Translations under genes and position numbers: made by a program
Shown: positions 11,101 through 22,640 of the stretch, piece after piece
Layout of the letters: each line of letters opens with the position of its first letter
How positions within the stretch are numbered: position 1 is the first letter of the stretch
Notes under the pieces: model-generated
Databases searched by the model: none
What the model saw: the letters and a program-made list of their open reading frames with translations, nothing else
What the model was told of the DNA's origin: nothing
NCBI GenBank assembly: GCA_004431415.1
Contig: QPMI01000353.1
Span: 1-34,061 of the forward strand
DNA length: 34,061 nucleotides
From: Cyanophora paradoxa CCMP329
Lineage: Eukaryota; Plantae; Glaucophyta
Direction of reading: 5' to 3'

Positions 11101-11917
11101 AGTTGGTCAGATTCGCTGCGGGCGAAGCCGGAGCTGCAGAAAGGCTCCAAATCACGCAAGGTTTCGGACCAGCGATAACGCCGGCGCCGCGAATTCGAAG
11201 ACATCAGCTATAGCTATCAGTAAAAATTACGCACTGCTGGAAGGTACGCTCTCATAAGTCAGCGTAAATCCGAAGACGACAGAGCGCGCCGGGTACGCAA
11301 GCGTGATATACAGCGTGTCGGATGTACTTGTGTAGACGTTCACTTCGGGGAACTGAGGAGCCAGTCATGTTATCATTATATTAGTTGCATGAGATCTGAA
11401 ATCATTAGTCTACTAAGGCACCTTTTTGGCCGCTAGTAGCGTTGGGGGTGAGGTGAGATCAACGATCTTTCGCGTGCACAAGGTCGTCTCAGAGATTAAA
11501 AGACTCGAAGCATCGACATCCACAGACATGAGCACGCACTCGGACGGTTGCCCCAGGGTTGGATTCGCACCCACCTTGACTGCACTCGAGAGAATTGAAG
11601 TTAAGCCGAACTCTGTCCCCGGCATTAGACGCTGTAATCGTCCTGCGCCGTGCTTACGTGTCAATCGGAAAGCAGCGAATTCGAGATATAGAGACCGATT
11701 CTGTGCACCAATAAGGGAACTTCCAATATTCGACCGCGGCGCTCACGTTCATCCAGATTGGGGTCGAAGTAGCCAGGTATCCTCCCGGTTGCACGCCAGT
11801 GACTGTAAGTGACGCGGGCAAGGTACCAGAAGCAGGAAACCCTCGGGCATGTGCAAGCAGGAACACCCATATAAAGGCTGCGTGCAGCTGCAGACGAACG
11901 AGTCTTGCGCTAAGCAT
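8175..11917 (-). CDS. Secreted/surface-anchored protein: signal peptide, two CUB-like domains, Ser/Pro-rich stalk, further beta-rich region, hydrophobic C-terminus (TM or GPI signal); many exons
   Basis: ATG at 11917 (MLSARLVRLQLHAAFIWVFLLAHARG). CUB1 by splicing: YW|TITASNAGDRVRLNFNSLEC...TVR|IVDLTSPPTLLA..|FPEVNVYTSTSDTLYITLAYPARSVVFGFTLTY. CUB2: EVLVSPGMP...YSDCLLRVW|HIKLG...LSLTALNIQENADLLH...EYLITFMADS...GFNTSI. A PSPSPSPSSSPSP stalk lies at ~9770-10085. The last exon is LHGFIGVFFSLAVATGAMLFALLEF* (TAA 8175-8177). A few internal splice sites are uncertain. Confidence 0.72.
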
Positions 11918-12099
11918 CTGCGACCGCACCGGATTGCGCTTGTTTGACTTTGATCTAAATGTGAGAGAGTACTAGTGCTCAGCGGCTTCTGCAGCGGCTT
12001 CTGCAGCGGCTGAGCTAGCGCTGCTAGCCCGAGTGATTCTGCTGAGCCGCTGATCGCCTTTGGTCGCCCTTGGCTCGACTTGCTGGTCGAATGTGAGCT

Positions 12100-12146
12100 C
12101 GAGGAATTCGAACACTCCGAGGCGAGGAATTCGAACACTCCGAGGC
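12100..12146. repeat. Perfect 23-bp tandem duplication
   Basis: CGAGGAATTCGAACACTCCGAGG occurs twice. The adjacent CCGAGGCTCAGAAACTG recurs at ~12241. Confidence 0.85.
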
Positions 12147-13464
12147 TCAGAAACTGTCGGAAGGGCACGTCAAGTAGAACATTGATACTGCCATGCCACG
12201 GTTCTGTATCAATGCGACATCCACTTTTGCAAAAACAAATCCGAGGCTCAGAAACTGCGACCTAGAGGCCTTGAACTGTTCGCCGCGGCGCCCGGCTCTT
12301 CAACAGCTGCCGGCGCCCCGGCCCGCTACTAGGGTTGGGGTCTGGCGGGCCAGTGGCGGCTCTGGCTGTCGGTTCTCAGGGGGGAATCCGGATACGTTTC
12401 TTAACGCGTTTTTAGCTTAAGGGCTGGTACTTAGCGCGCTTGCGGAGGTACCATTACGTCATTCCGGAATTCGAACGTGTTAGAGGTTTCACAAGCTAGC
12501 GAAGTGCGATTTATTCTATTTCCTTTCCTTTCCATACCAGCGCAAGCTTTTTGAAGGCCACCCTTCGCTAGCTTAAAGCAAACCTCTACGTTGGTGCTCC
12601 TAGTAATTCTTTAGGAGTTGAACTAGTTCGGAACGGAGCCAAACTAGCGACGAAAGCTTAAGCAAAAGCAGCGGCAGCTTAGATACGCCCTACCGGATTT
12701 CAGCCTCAGAGCTTGCAACGGGGCCGGCCCACTGGGCCAAAAACTCAAGTCCTTGCACCGAAGCTGGCCGGGCTGGCCCTAGCGGCTCGGCCGCCCAAAA
12801 TTTTCGGCTGGCCAAAACAAGCTTGGCAAGCCGCCGGCAGCCAATTCGAGCTTCACATCGAGCTCTATGAAATCGGGGGGCTTGGGGTCTGGCTTGAGCA
12901 GTTGGCTTGCCAGCCCTCAAAAACGGGCTATAAGCCCAAGCCCGGCAAGCCAGGGTTTTGCCAAGTTGACTGCCTGGCCCAGGGCGAACGCTCCAAAAAC
13001 GGCTCGGAGGCTGTGGCCGGTACTACGGTAATTATAATTCGCGTGGCCGTCACGGCGTACCGTAGTACGCTTGGCCGTGGCCGCGGCTGTGGGCCTGTGG
13101 CCCAGCGCCGGGCCAGCGGTCCTAAAAAAACCCAGATTTTATCGGCTTTTCATCATCTGTTTTATGATTAAGTCAACGGCCACTGTTTCAGGAACCGGAT
13201 CCGGATTGAAAAAAAACGTTAACGTTTCCCGGCGGGACAAGTACTCCATTCCAGATCTGGCTCCGTAATCCGGTGCATTCTACCCCCCCAAACATTCAAT
13301 GATTGTTCAATTTCTCGCACCAACGTTCCGAAGTTCAGGAACTGATGGCGCCGTCATGGCGGACGCCGGACGATCGCGACACGGGCCCCGCGCTCCCGGC
13401 GGCCGCGCGGCCGCGCCCTTTAATTTGGAGCCTAGGAGGCTAGTAGGAGCGTGATCCACCGGTA

Positions 13465-13674
13465 CCGTGCCTGAGACGGTGCCTCTGCCTCAGCCCTCGG
13501 GCAGCCAAAAACATTCTGGCTTCCCTCAGGGGCCGTCAGGGCCTTGCCTGGCCTAGCTTTCAAGCGAATTTACAAGTTACCCTGGGCAAGGCCAGGCAAG
13601 GCCCTGAGGGAAGGCAGAATGTTTTTGGCTGCAGCTGCCCGCGGCCGAGGGCCGAGGCAGAGGCACGCGTACGG
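13465..13674. mobile_element. Fold-back MITE with long (~80-90 bp) imperfect TIRs, TA-flanked (Tc1/mariner-like)
   Basis: Ends are TA|CCGT...ACGG|TA. The arm GTGCCTCTGCCTCAGCCCTCGGGCAGCCAAAAACATTCTGGCTTCCCTCAGG...GCCTTGCCTGGCCT is mirrored at ~13589-13666. Confidence 0.7.
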
Positions 13675-14258
13675 TACCGCCGGGCCGGTGGGCAACCTCT
13701 GCCAACCTGGGCAAGGCAAGGCGGACCGTTGGACTTTTCTTACATCTGAACCTAGGCACTTACAAATTAGCCTCGGCTAGCGATCCTGGCTGGTCCATGA
13801 GGCAGGCTGGCCATGGCCATGGGTCAGCGGCCGATTGCAAGTTTTTGCAAACGGCTATACTATGATATAGCTAGCTATTTTAAACCGCGCCGGCACTGCC
13901 TTCGGAATTCGCGGCACTCTGGCATGCGCACTCAGTGACTGTCGCTCGCGGCACGACGCTTACGTATCTCATCGTAGTATCTCTTACGTGATACACACCG
14001 TACATGTGTCTGCACACTCATCGTGACTCATGAGCAACATCTGTGCACGCGCACCTCTAGCTATAGGCTCTAGCTAGTCAGGAAGTGCTAGCGCTAGCTG
14101 GCAGTATAGGCTAACATATGCTGCCAAGTCGATGTCGGCTACATACCACTTCTTTCACGCCGACCCCTTGCGATCGGGGCACGGCATCCTGAAACAGAAA
14201 TCGGATCTGGAAGCTCAGCCGGCCGCGTTAATTATAACCTTGTTTTTCCGAAGTGTCC

Positions 14259-14745
14259 GCTTGGCACGTGCACTCGCGTCTCAATTATTAAGTTATAACT
14301 GAGTAATTAGGCCTATAGCGCTAGCTAGCTATAGGCTCGCGCTCGGCACTCGGCACGATATAAAGTACAATTATCGACAGATCTTCGTGGGGCGAGGGGC
14401 GCTGGCCATGGGCCCCGAGAAGAAGAGGGCCCGCGGCTCAGAAGCCGCCCGGGTACGCGCTCTCCGGCTCGCTGACGGCCTCGTCCCCCTCGCCCTCTCC
14501 GCCCCCCTCCTCCCCCTCCCCCTCGCCTTCGCCGTCGCTGTGCTCGTCCTCCTCCGGATCCTCCTGGTCGCTGTACTCGTCCTCGTCGTCCGTGTACCCG
14601 TCGTCGTACTCGCCCTCCCCCTCCCCCTGCGCCCGGCCGTGATCATGAGAAGCGGGACCAGCTGCAGAACCCAGGCAAGCGGCGAGGGGGGGGGGGAGGG
14701 GAGGGGGGGAGGGGATCCGGAGGGAGGGGTGGGGTGGGTGTGTGT

Positions 14746-14776
<31 letters not shown>

Positions 14777-16669
14777 GGGGGGGGGGGCGGGGGCGGAGGG
14801 CCGGACCTCGGGGCCGGCGGCGGGGCGCTCGCGGCGGACGCGGAGGCAGCGCATGAGGAGCGGGAAGCACTCGGCGATGCGCTCGGGCTGGTCGAACTCG
14901 TTCCGCACCGCGCAGTAGCGCTCCATCGCCACCCGTGCCAGCACCTGCGCGGGAATCAGGAAATCAGGAAATCCGCGGGGGGACAGCCCTAGCTCTAGAT
15001 CAGAGCTAGAAGATCAGCAGTCCCGCCGCGCGGAAATCAGAGGGCTAGCAGGCAGCTGCGGGCGGAGGGCTCTGGAGGGCGCGCGCGCGCCTCCTCGAAC
15101 TCGCGGAAGGGGAGGGTGTGGCGCCCGTCGTGCAGGCCCTCCACCGCCCCCAGGCTCTCCATCTCCACCTCCACCTGGGCCCGGAGTGAGAGGGCGAGCA
15201 TCTTCGCTCTGGCGGGGCGGGGCGGGCGGACGCTGGCGTCGGGGAGGGACGCAAGGAAGAGCTCGACGAGCTCGGCGCGGCGCAGGGGCCGCCCCGCCAT
15301 CGCCCGCCGCGCCATCGCGCTCTTCCCGCTCTTCGCGCTCGGCGCCAGCGAGAGCCTGCGCGCAGAGGCAGCGCGGCGTCAAAGCGAAGCCGCGAAGAAG
15401 CCGAGTCGAGGCCTCGGCCGAGGCCCGCCCCCCCTCGAGGGCGCGGGCGGGCGGGCGGGCGGGCGGGCGCACGTGTCGAAGCGGTCGGGGGCGTCCTCGG
15501 GGATGCCCGCCTCCTCCTCGTCCGCCGCCAGGTCGTGCATCTGCGCCGCCCGGCTCGGCGGGGCGACGCGGGGCAAAGCGATGCGGGGCGGGGCGGGGCG
15601 GTGGGGCGGGGAAGGGGCGCACGTAGGAGAAGTTGTAGAACTCGGAGAAGGTCATGCGCCAGCGCTCCTGGCGCACGCGCACGCCGAAGCGCCCCGCCGT
15701 CCGCTGCTCCAGGTCCACGTACTCCAGGTGCGCCCACCGCCGGTACACGTCCTACCGTCCGAGTCGGAGAACGTCTGAGTCTGAGCCCAGGGGCGGGGGC
15801 GCACGCGGAGGTTCTGGCGGAAGGGCCGCAGGGCGCCCGCTACCTCCGCCGAGGCCATCGCCTGCCCGCCCGCCCCCGCGCCGTCAGCCAGGGCGGGGCG
15901 GGGCGGGCGGGGCGGGGCGGGGCGGGCGGGGCGGGGCGGGCGGGGCGGGGCGGGGCGGGCGGGGCGGGGCGGGCGGGGCGGGCCCTGCGGAAGACGAGCG
16001 CGTCGGCGTCCATGCGGGCGTTGGGCATCAGCAGCTGCTCCATCATCGTCCTGCCCGGCCGCGTCGGAGGGGGAGGGGGGAGGGGGGGAGGGAGGTACGT
16101 CCGGCCTCACCGGAAGCGCTGGCGGAGGGAGGGGAGGTTGGGGTAGCGGAGGAAGGCCATGCGGACGAGGCACTGCAGGAACTGGAAGAACTGCGGGGAC
16201 GGGGCGGGGCGGGGGCGTCCCCGGCCGGCGTCAGGCGGAGGAGAAGGGAGAGCTCAGGAGCCTTCTAAGAGGCGTCGCTGGAAGACGGGAAGGACGTCCT
16301 TCGGGCGGGGCGGGCGGGCGGGCAGGCGGGCGCCCCCAGCCTTAGCCTTAGCCTCGGCCTGCGGCCCGCCGCACCTGGAAGCGCTTGTGCTTGCTGCTGT
16401 TCGTCGCCACGAAGCGCCCCGACTCGGACTGCTCCCGGTTCCCGATGATGAACACCAGGTCCGCCGCCGCTGCAAGGGCGCCGCTCGAGTCCAGCCCCGC
16501 TCGGGCGGGGCGGGGCAGAGGATACAGCGCGGCGCGCGCGCACCGCGGGAGAGGCCGCCGCCGACGAGGCGCGTCTCCTGCAGGAAGGTCGAGAACTCCT
16601 TCTTGTTCATCACGAAGAGGTCGCCCTGCTCGCCCTTGGAGGGGCCCGCGTTCCCGCCGGCCGCCGCCG
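14259..16669. repeat. Segmental duplication copy A (direct repeat of 31678-34061)
   Basis: Near-identical sequence, including introns and 3' flank, runs from GCTTGGCAC up to the point where copy B reaches the window end. Confidence 0.95.
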
Positions 16670-16830
16670 AGCCGGCCGTCATGCTCCGCAGCAGCGACTT
16701 GGCCTCTGCCTTCCGCCGGGCGCTCACCGCCGGCGGCGCCGCCGCCGCGGCGCCCGCCGACGGCCCCGCCGCGCTCTTGCCGCGCTCCAGCGCCGCCCTC
16801 GCCCGCTGCGACGGCACCGGCTTCAAGCGG
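14438..16830 (-). CDS. p25alpha/TPPP-like (EF-hand-fold) repeat protein with acidic C-tail, copy A; 5' end unresolved or truncated
   Basis: About 11 exons splice in frame, two with apparent GC donors: MNKKEFSTFLQETRLVGGGLSRAAADLVFIIGN...KRFQFFQFLQCLVRMAFLRYP, a second repeat RMTFSEFYNF...LRRAELVELF...LPFREFEEVLARVAMERY, and the tail EYDDGYTDDEDEYSDQEDPEEDE...PGGF* (TGA 14438-14440). The M..F..F....L+...D+VF....F.QF..L.++A pattern matches p25alpha-type repeats by eye. Confidence 0.62.
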
Positions 16831-18047
16831 TAGGCAATAGTCGCTGAGCTGGTTCGGTTTCGAGGACGGCTCGCGTTCAGAAGGGATCCGGACTCCGGAG
16901 CCCCGCTAGCGCTGAGCACACCCGAGGGCTCGGGGCGAAAGAGGGCGGAAGAGGACGAGGCTGCCGAGCACGCGCACGAGCCTCGGAATATGTACAATCG
17001 CCTCCCACACATGTACAGAGATTCCGGGCGCAGCTGCGGATACCGATCCGAGAGCGTTCATTACCATTATCCGCGGCCCCGAGGCCAATATCCCATTTTT
17101 TTTGAGAGACTATGGTGGGGCACTGCGGCAAACCTCCTGTGTACGTGCACGTGGCTATACTAAGTTATAACTGATTACTTATGACGCATGCGGACACCCG
17201 TAAAAAAACTCAGTCTTCACGGGACGGCCGAGCCAAAAATCCTCGGTAGTTTGATTGAGGTCAGAAAACTTACCTTAGGGTTGTGTCAACGCATATGAGA
17301 ACACAGTGTGGCATAACGTAAATTACATCACAATCACAAATTAAATTTTGACTTCAGATTTACAATTAGGTACCGCGTTTATTCTCGAAAATCTGCTGCG
17401 ATAACGCCAGACACATTACCCCAAGTGAAACTAAACTCAAAATGTCAGCACGTTAATTTAATTAAAAACCGCAATTTTAATTTTGCCCAGCCGCGCGCGG
17501 ATCGAAATCGATCGATCGAAAACCGGTTCCAGTTTGGGTTTTAAAGAAATTTAATGCATGCCACATGGATTCGCAGTCGTAGTGCGCGCCAAATGCGTGC
17601 GGACCCGGGACGCGATCGTAGTACTACGGTACCGTAGTACGTGCTACTACGTGGTACTACGTAGTACGTGCACGTGCTCGCAAATTGAGCCGATCGCGAC
17701 GTACGGTATACGTCGCAATCGCGAGCCCGGGCCGCGACGTCGACTTTGACTAGGACTCTTTCAGTGAGCTGTCGGGCAACTTCTATAAAACAAATTAAAA
17801 TCGAATCGATCCGATCGACGGTCCGGTACCCCTCGGCCTTCGCCAGTACCAGACTACTACTACCGGTTCGATCCGATCGGACGTACCGGATTTTCCTTCA
17901 CTCAGGTTGACGTGTCACAGTGTACATGTGTCACCGCGGGTACCGCGGCCGGTAGCGCCGCGCGCGCAGCGGCGCGCTGCGGCGCGCGCTGGCCGTGGCC
18001 GCCGCCAGTGCCCGCCACGCGGCCGCGGGCGCCGTCGACGTCACGGC

Positions 18048-18537
18048 TAGTGCTGGGTTCAGTCAGGGTCCACCCCTGACCCAGTCGCTCAGCCCCCCTG
18101 ACTGTGACTGAATCAGTCAACCCGAGGTTCAGTCAGGCTACCGTGCAAAAACTGAGGAAAATGACCCGGAATTTGGGCCGGAAATGACCCAGATGCGACT
18201 CGGCGATCCATCTAAGTTGCCAAGCACAGTGCGCGGGCAGTAGGGAGTGATTATGCGAGCAAAGCTTAAGAACACTGGTGAAAGGAATTCGGCCCCCGTT
18301 AGCCTCGTTAGCGCGGGCGGTTTCGTTCAGATTTCGTTGTTTTTCTGGAGGTAAGACGACAGAAGATCCTTTTTAGGTCGATCTACGTCGAGCTTCAGAT
18401 GGAAAAAGCCCACAGGGGGGCACGCTCCCAACAGTATTTTGTATGGGACTGAGAGAACCTCAGTCGGCCAATTTGGTGACTCAGTCGGGTCAGTCAGACC
18501 CTCTGACTTTGACTGACAGTGACTGAACCCAGCCCTA
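18048..18537. mobile_element. hAT-superfamily MITE (490 bp)
   Basis: TIRs are TAGTGCTGGGTTCAGTC and GACTGAACCCAGCCCTA (1 mismatch). The exact 8-bp TSD GTCACGGC lies at 18040-18047 and 18538-18545, with subterminal CAGTCA/TGACTG repeats. Confidence 0.92.
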
Positions 18538-18610
18538 GTCACGGCGTGGCGCGAGCGCTAGCCGCGCGACTGTCGCGTGAGTCGAGTTTTTCCCAGCAGT
18601 TTAAGCTGGC

Positions 18611-18755
18611 CAGTGGCGTGCATGGAAAGTGGCAGATAACGGAAGTAACGGAAAGTGGCGGATAATTATAACGGACGTTTCCGGAAAGTAACGGACTCCG
18701 GGACAGCTTAAGTGGCGGATAGCGAAAAGTAACGGAAAGTAACCGAAACACACTG
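18611..18755. repeat. Cluster of GAAAGT(AA/GG)CGG motifs ending in CACTG; probable orphan hAT-like terminus
   Basis: About six copies of the motif in 145 bp. No matching TSD was found. Confidence 0.35.
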
Positions 18756-19572
18756 CAGTCTAGCTGCAGGCCCGCTGATCATGATTCATGAGCAGCAGCA
18801 GCAGCTGTCGTTGCTGCAGTTGCGCTTAGCCTTAGTAGCAACCGCGTACATACTAGTGCTGCTGCGCATGTAGCTAGCGCTGCTGCGCATGCTTAAGCTT
18901 GTGCAGACGGAGCACTGCGGCGCATCGATATCAGCAGGTGAATTCGAATTCGAAGTCAACGCACGCGAAAGCAGTGATCCTGATTTTGTCGAAGCCGCTG
19001 CTTATGAGCACCCGCTTCGGATCATGAAGTGCCCGGCGGCCGCGACCGTATATTTGAAGACGAAGCCGAGGAAGATTATTCGAATTCTTTTGTCCTGAAA
19101 ACGTCCGGCGTTCTGGCAAACTGCGCAAGATTCGAAATATATAATAGCTAATTGTAACAGTTCCGATCTATAGCTAGATCTTCCGAAGCTCCGCTTCCGA
19201 AGCTCAAGATCTGAGAGTCTAGATCGAGGTCGGCGCGGCCGACGCGACGCGTATGGCGCTGACGTCAACGCTGCGCGTTTCTCGATTGGATTGAAGTTCA
19301 GCTGCAGCTGCAGATCTAGATCTACGTATACATGCTTCGAATTCCAGATCGCGAAAAAATTCATTACTGCGTGTAAGTTTCTTTCGAATTCGCGTGCGAT
19401 CGCTATAGCTATGTCCGACGGTCATGATATCGATCATCAGTTAATGGGGGGGTGCGGGGGGGCTTGCCCCCCTGCTTGTACTAATATGGGGTCTTTGAAA
19501 AACCCAATTGCAATTGCAATGTACTGCGGTTTATTTCAAGACTCAAAATTCAAACAATATTTAATGCATATG

Positions 19573-20559
19573 TTGCAAGGGGGGAAGGGGGCCCCCTTGC
19601 TTCCCGTTCCCTCGCTTCAGCCAAAATTTTTCTACGAGGCCGTTTTCGAGGGCCAGTCTGCAACGAAAATGTGGGCCAGTCTGCAACGAAAATGTCTTTT
19701 ATTCGCGTTCGGATTGGCTCGGTGGACCGGTCAGCTCTCGACTTTTGAACGTCGAATTCGAGGGGGAAAAGTGGTTTTCGAGGGGAAAACTAACTTCTCT
19801 CTAACTCCGGTCTTCGAATTTTTTGCGCGGTTCTGCATGGAACCAAGTTCTCCCTAGCTGTCTCCTCTAGATTTCGGCTTCCTCGCAGTGCGCCGCGTAC
19901 GCCTTGCTCTTCGTTGCGCGGTTCTGCATGGAACCACTTCTCTCTACCTGACAACGTTTCCTCTAGATTTCCGCCTAGAAACTGCTTGCGTTGCTGCCTG
20001 CGCCGCTGCAGCTGATCGCAGCCGAGCACGCCCGGCCGCGGCCGGCCAGATCTAGACCGTACTCTCTTGCTGCGCTTATATCGAGCTTATATATATATCG
20101 AGCTTATATTGCAGAACCGCGTGTGCCGGCCGAGCACGCCGGCCGGGCCGGGCGCTCGGCGCTCTTGTTGCGATCGGCACCCGGACAGCAGACTAGCTAT
20201 ATATAGTTCGTGTGCTGCGCACGACGTGGCGCTTGTCCGCTCATTCGGCACCCCGCGTGCGCCCTGTGTTGCGCCGCGTGCACGTGCGTGCGCCCACGCC
20301 GCCTGCCACCCGCTGAATCTGGCCTTTCATTCAGGCTTTTCTTTATTCGGTTAGATCGCAGCGTCTGCTTATCAGCCCTTTTCTATTCTTTTCAATCATA
20401 TATAATCTGTGTCTATCTTTACTACTTCAACCTGCCGCGCGCGCTGGGCCGGGGTCGATCTACATCTGCCCCGTGCATGTTCGTGCCACTACTACTCTTT
20501 CATTAGATCCCGATTCCCCCCTTGCACCCCCGGCGCGTCAAACGCGGCCGGGCCCCTAG
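19573..20559 (+). mobile_element. Non-autonomous Helitron/proto-Helentron-like element, copy 2 (987 bp)
   Basis: Reads TTGCAAGGGGGGAA...TTCCCCCCTTGCA-CCCCCGGCGCG-TCAAA-CGCGGCCGG-GCCCCTAG|T. It is an inverted homologue of 333-1321. Confidence 0.8.
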
Positions 20560-21087
20560 TAAAAATACGTATACTTTCGTATCTGTTTTGGTGAACTACC
20601 GGCCACAGTCTCTAGACACCAGCACTAGTACTGCGGGGGCTGCTCACGTATCGTGATTCAAAAGATCGATATACAAGCAGAGCTCGAGGGGGCTCCGCCC
20701 AGTTACAGTGTAAGTCGACGGCATTCTTCTTTGCAATTTAGTTTTTACAGCATCGGTCTCCAAACGCTTTGTATGACAACATTGACAGTGACAAGCTTCA
20801 TGAGCACTCCTGCATGAGCACTTATAATTAAATGGGGGGCGGAAGAAGAGAAAGAGCGATGTGAGGAGCGGTGAAGATCGTCCAAGCATCGACGCCGTCG
20901 GGTCTCGTCAGTCGAGGGCCTTGCCGCGCCTGAAGAGAGTCCGCCACCGCCGTCCTCGGGCCTCCTTCACCTGCCCCCCCCCCCCCCCCCCCCCCCCTTG
21001 CTCCCCTCCCTCCCTATCCCCCCTCCTCACCTCCCCCCTCCCCCCCCCCCCCCCCCCCCCCCCCGCCCTCTCGTCAGCCTCTGTACT

Positions 21088-22320
21088 TTAAGACTCCGTG
21101 CCCGGTTGGATCGATGTGCAGAAAGTGGTATGAGGCCGAGACGCGGAGCGAGGATCGGAGATGGTGTCGTGTCCTGGGCGAGGGGCGGACAATGAGGGCA
21201 GGTCATCGTCTTCCGGAGGTGCTGTGGTGCCGTGGTCTTGCCGTCGGCAGCCGCATGTCGCGCACGCATCGGGGAGGTACGGGAGTAGGCTCCTGGGGGA
21301 TCGGTATGGTTTTTGCCGCTCCGGTTCCGGCGGGGCCGGCGGTGGCGGGGCTGGCGGTGGCGCGGGCCGGGCCTCCGTGGCCCGTGGCGAGCTGTGTTGG
21401 CCCATGCTTCGTCTGGCGGCCGCCGGCGGTCCGACGGGAGGGCTAGTGGAGGTGGTGGCCATGGGCGCGCCGCCGATCGGCGCCGGTGTCGTCCGCCTCG
21501 CTGCTGCAGTTTGTGCCGGCCGGTATTCGCCGATTGTGAAGTAGTCTGTGACCGCGCGTTGGCCCGCAACCAGGGACCCCGCGGGCCCGCTGGTTTTGCT
21601 GCGTTTTGCCCTAGGGGCGGCGGTGCGCGCCTTCCGCTTCGGAGCCTGCGCCGGCTCGGTCCGGTTAACACCGGGAGCCGCGCCAGCGTCCGGCCGTGCC
21701 GGCGAGGCCGGCCGGGGCTCCGGATCCGTGATCGGCGTCGTCCCTGCTGGACCCCGCCGGGCCGGGGGCGCTTGAAAGTCCTATCGTCGTCTGTACCAGT
21801 CTCGCCTGGAGCGGCGGGCCGCTTCGTCCGCGGGGGGTGCAGGGCTGATTCAGGTGGCGCTCGGGGGCGGTCATGCAGCGAGGGGGATTCCTGGGGCCGC
21901 GTCGGCGGGCTGTGCGACTGGCGTAGAGGGTGGGGTAGGCTGGTGCCGTTCACGCAGAGGGCTGATGGGGAGGCCTAGGGCAGGGGCGTCCCCCGTTTCC
22001 GAGGAGAGAGTGGTCGAGTCGACGGCAGTCCGGTGCAAGGGGGCCGGGGCCGGAGGGGCCACGGTCGACGGCGGGGCAGCGTTCGATGCCGGAGGCAGCA
22101 TGCCGCAACCTGCTCGCACTATGTGCCGGAGGAGCTCTAAGGGTGTCCTGAACAAACGGTCGCAGCCGCAGAGGCCGCGGAAGCGTTCGTATTTGGGCGC
22201 CAACCGCGGGCTCCGGCGGACGCAGCGGCCTCTCGCCAGGTGGGCGAGCAGGGCTCTAAGCGTGAGGAAGCGCGTCTGGCAGTCACAAAACTGACGGAAG
22301 TGGAGAACGCGTTCGAGCAT
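21088..22320 (-). pseudogene. Intronless degenerate ORF with two CxC..H..C zinc-finger-like motifs, a PIP-box-like motif and Pro-rich tracts; likely TE-derived
   Basis: Contains FCDCQTRFLTLRALLAHLARGRC and LCGCDRLFRTPLELLRHIVRAGC. The same frame resumes after three stops (21780-21873) with QRAVTDYF (21538-21561) and runs to 21088. A C-rich tract lies at 20973-21064. Confidence 0.42.
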
Positions 22321-22640
22321 GCGGGCGCTGCGGCGGGGCTCAGGGCGACGTGCTGAAGGCGTAGCGGGGACCGCGGGGCTTGTCCGTTAAACGTTTAGGC
22401 CGGATCATGATCATGGTCATGATCAGCGAGCGCGAGCTTGACGATCGCGTGGGGGGCCCATGGCCACTTCGAATTCCGCCCCAGGCGTGCCCCTCATGAT
22501 CATGTGATCATGATCAACCGCCCCTCATGATCATGTGATCAACCTTGCGCCTCTGACAAACACAACCGCGCCTCTAGACCTTCCCCTCATGATCAGGGCC
22601 TAAAGCATACCGCATCCGACTCGGCGATGATCCTTCTCCT

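Noticed and set aside
12330-13280. Nested MITE ends (TAGGGTTGGGG, CAGAGCTTGCAAC, TA-CCGGATT...AATCCGG)
   Set aside because: The region is probably TE-derived, but I could not pair TIRs with matching TSDs.
14686-14792. Long G runs and (GT)n as functional G-quadruplex or regulatory elements (also 6614-6660 and 20973-21064)
   Set aside because: They are intronic or intergenic low-complexity tracts that differ between duplicate copies, and their lengths are unreliable in assemblies.
14289-17174. TAAGTTATAACTGA direct repeat flanking TPPP-like copy A as a target-site duplication
   Set aside because: The left copy lies inside the duplicated block (also present at ~31702) and homology extends beyond it, so it does not mark the insertion boundary.
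18889-19098. Short + strand ORF (EFEVNARESSDPDFVEAAAYEHP...)
   Set aside because: It is isolated, has no consistent splice partners and is surrounded by palindrome-riddled decayed DNA.
19444-19475. GGGGGGCTTGCCCCCC hairpin (and a similar one at ~28220-28252) as additional rolling-circle element ends or terminators
   Set aside because: No second terminus or second copy is visible in the window.
333-20559. The two inverted ~1 kb repeats as giant TIRs of one 20-kb element (Polinton or virus-like)
   Set aside because: Each copy has its own complete Helitron-type termini, there is no TSD, and the interior holds ordinary spliced host genes with no polB, integrase or capsid.
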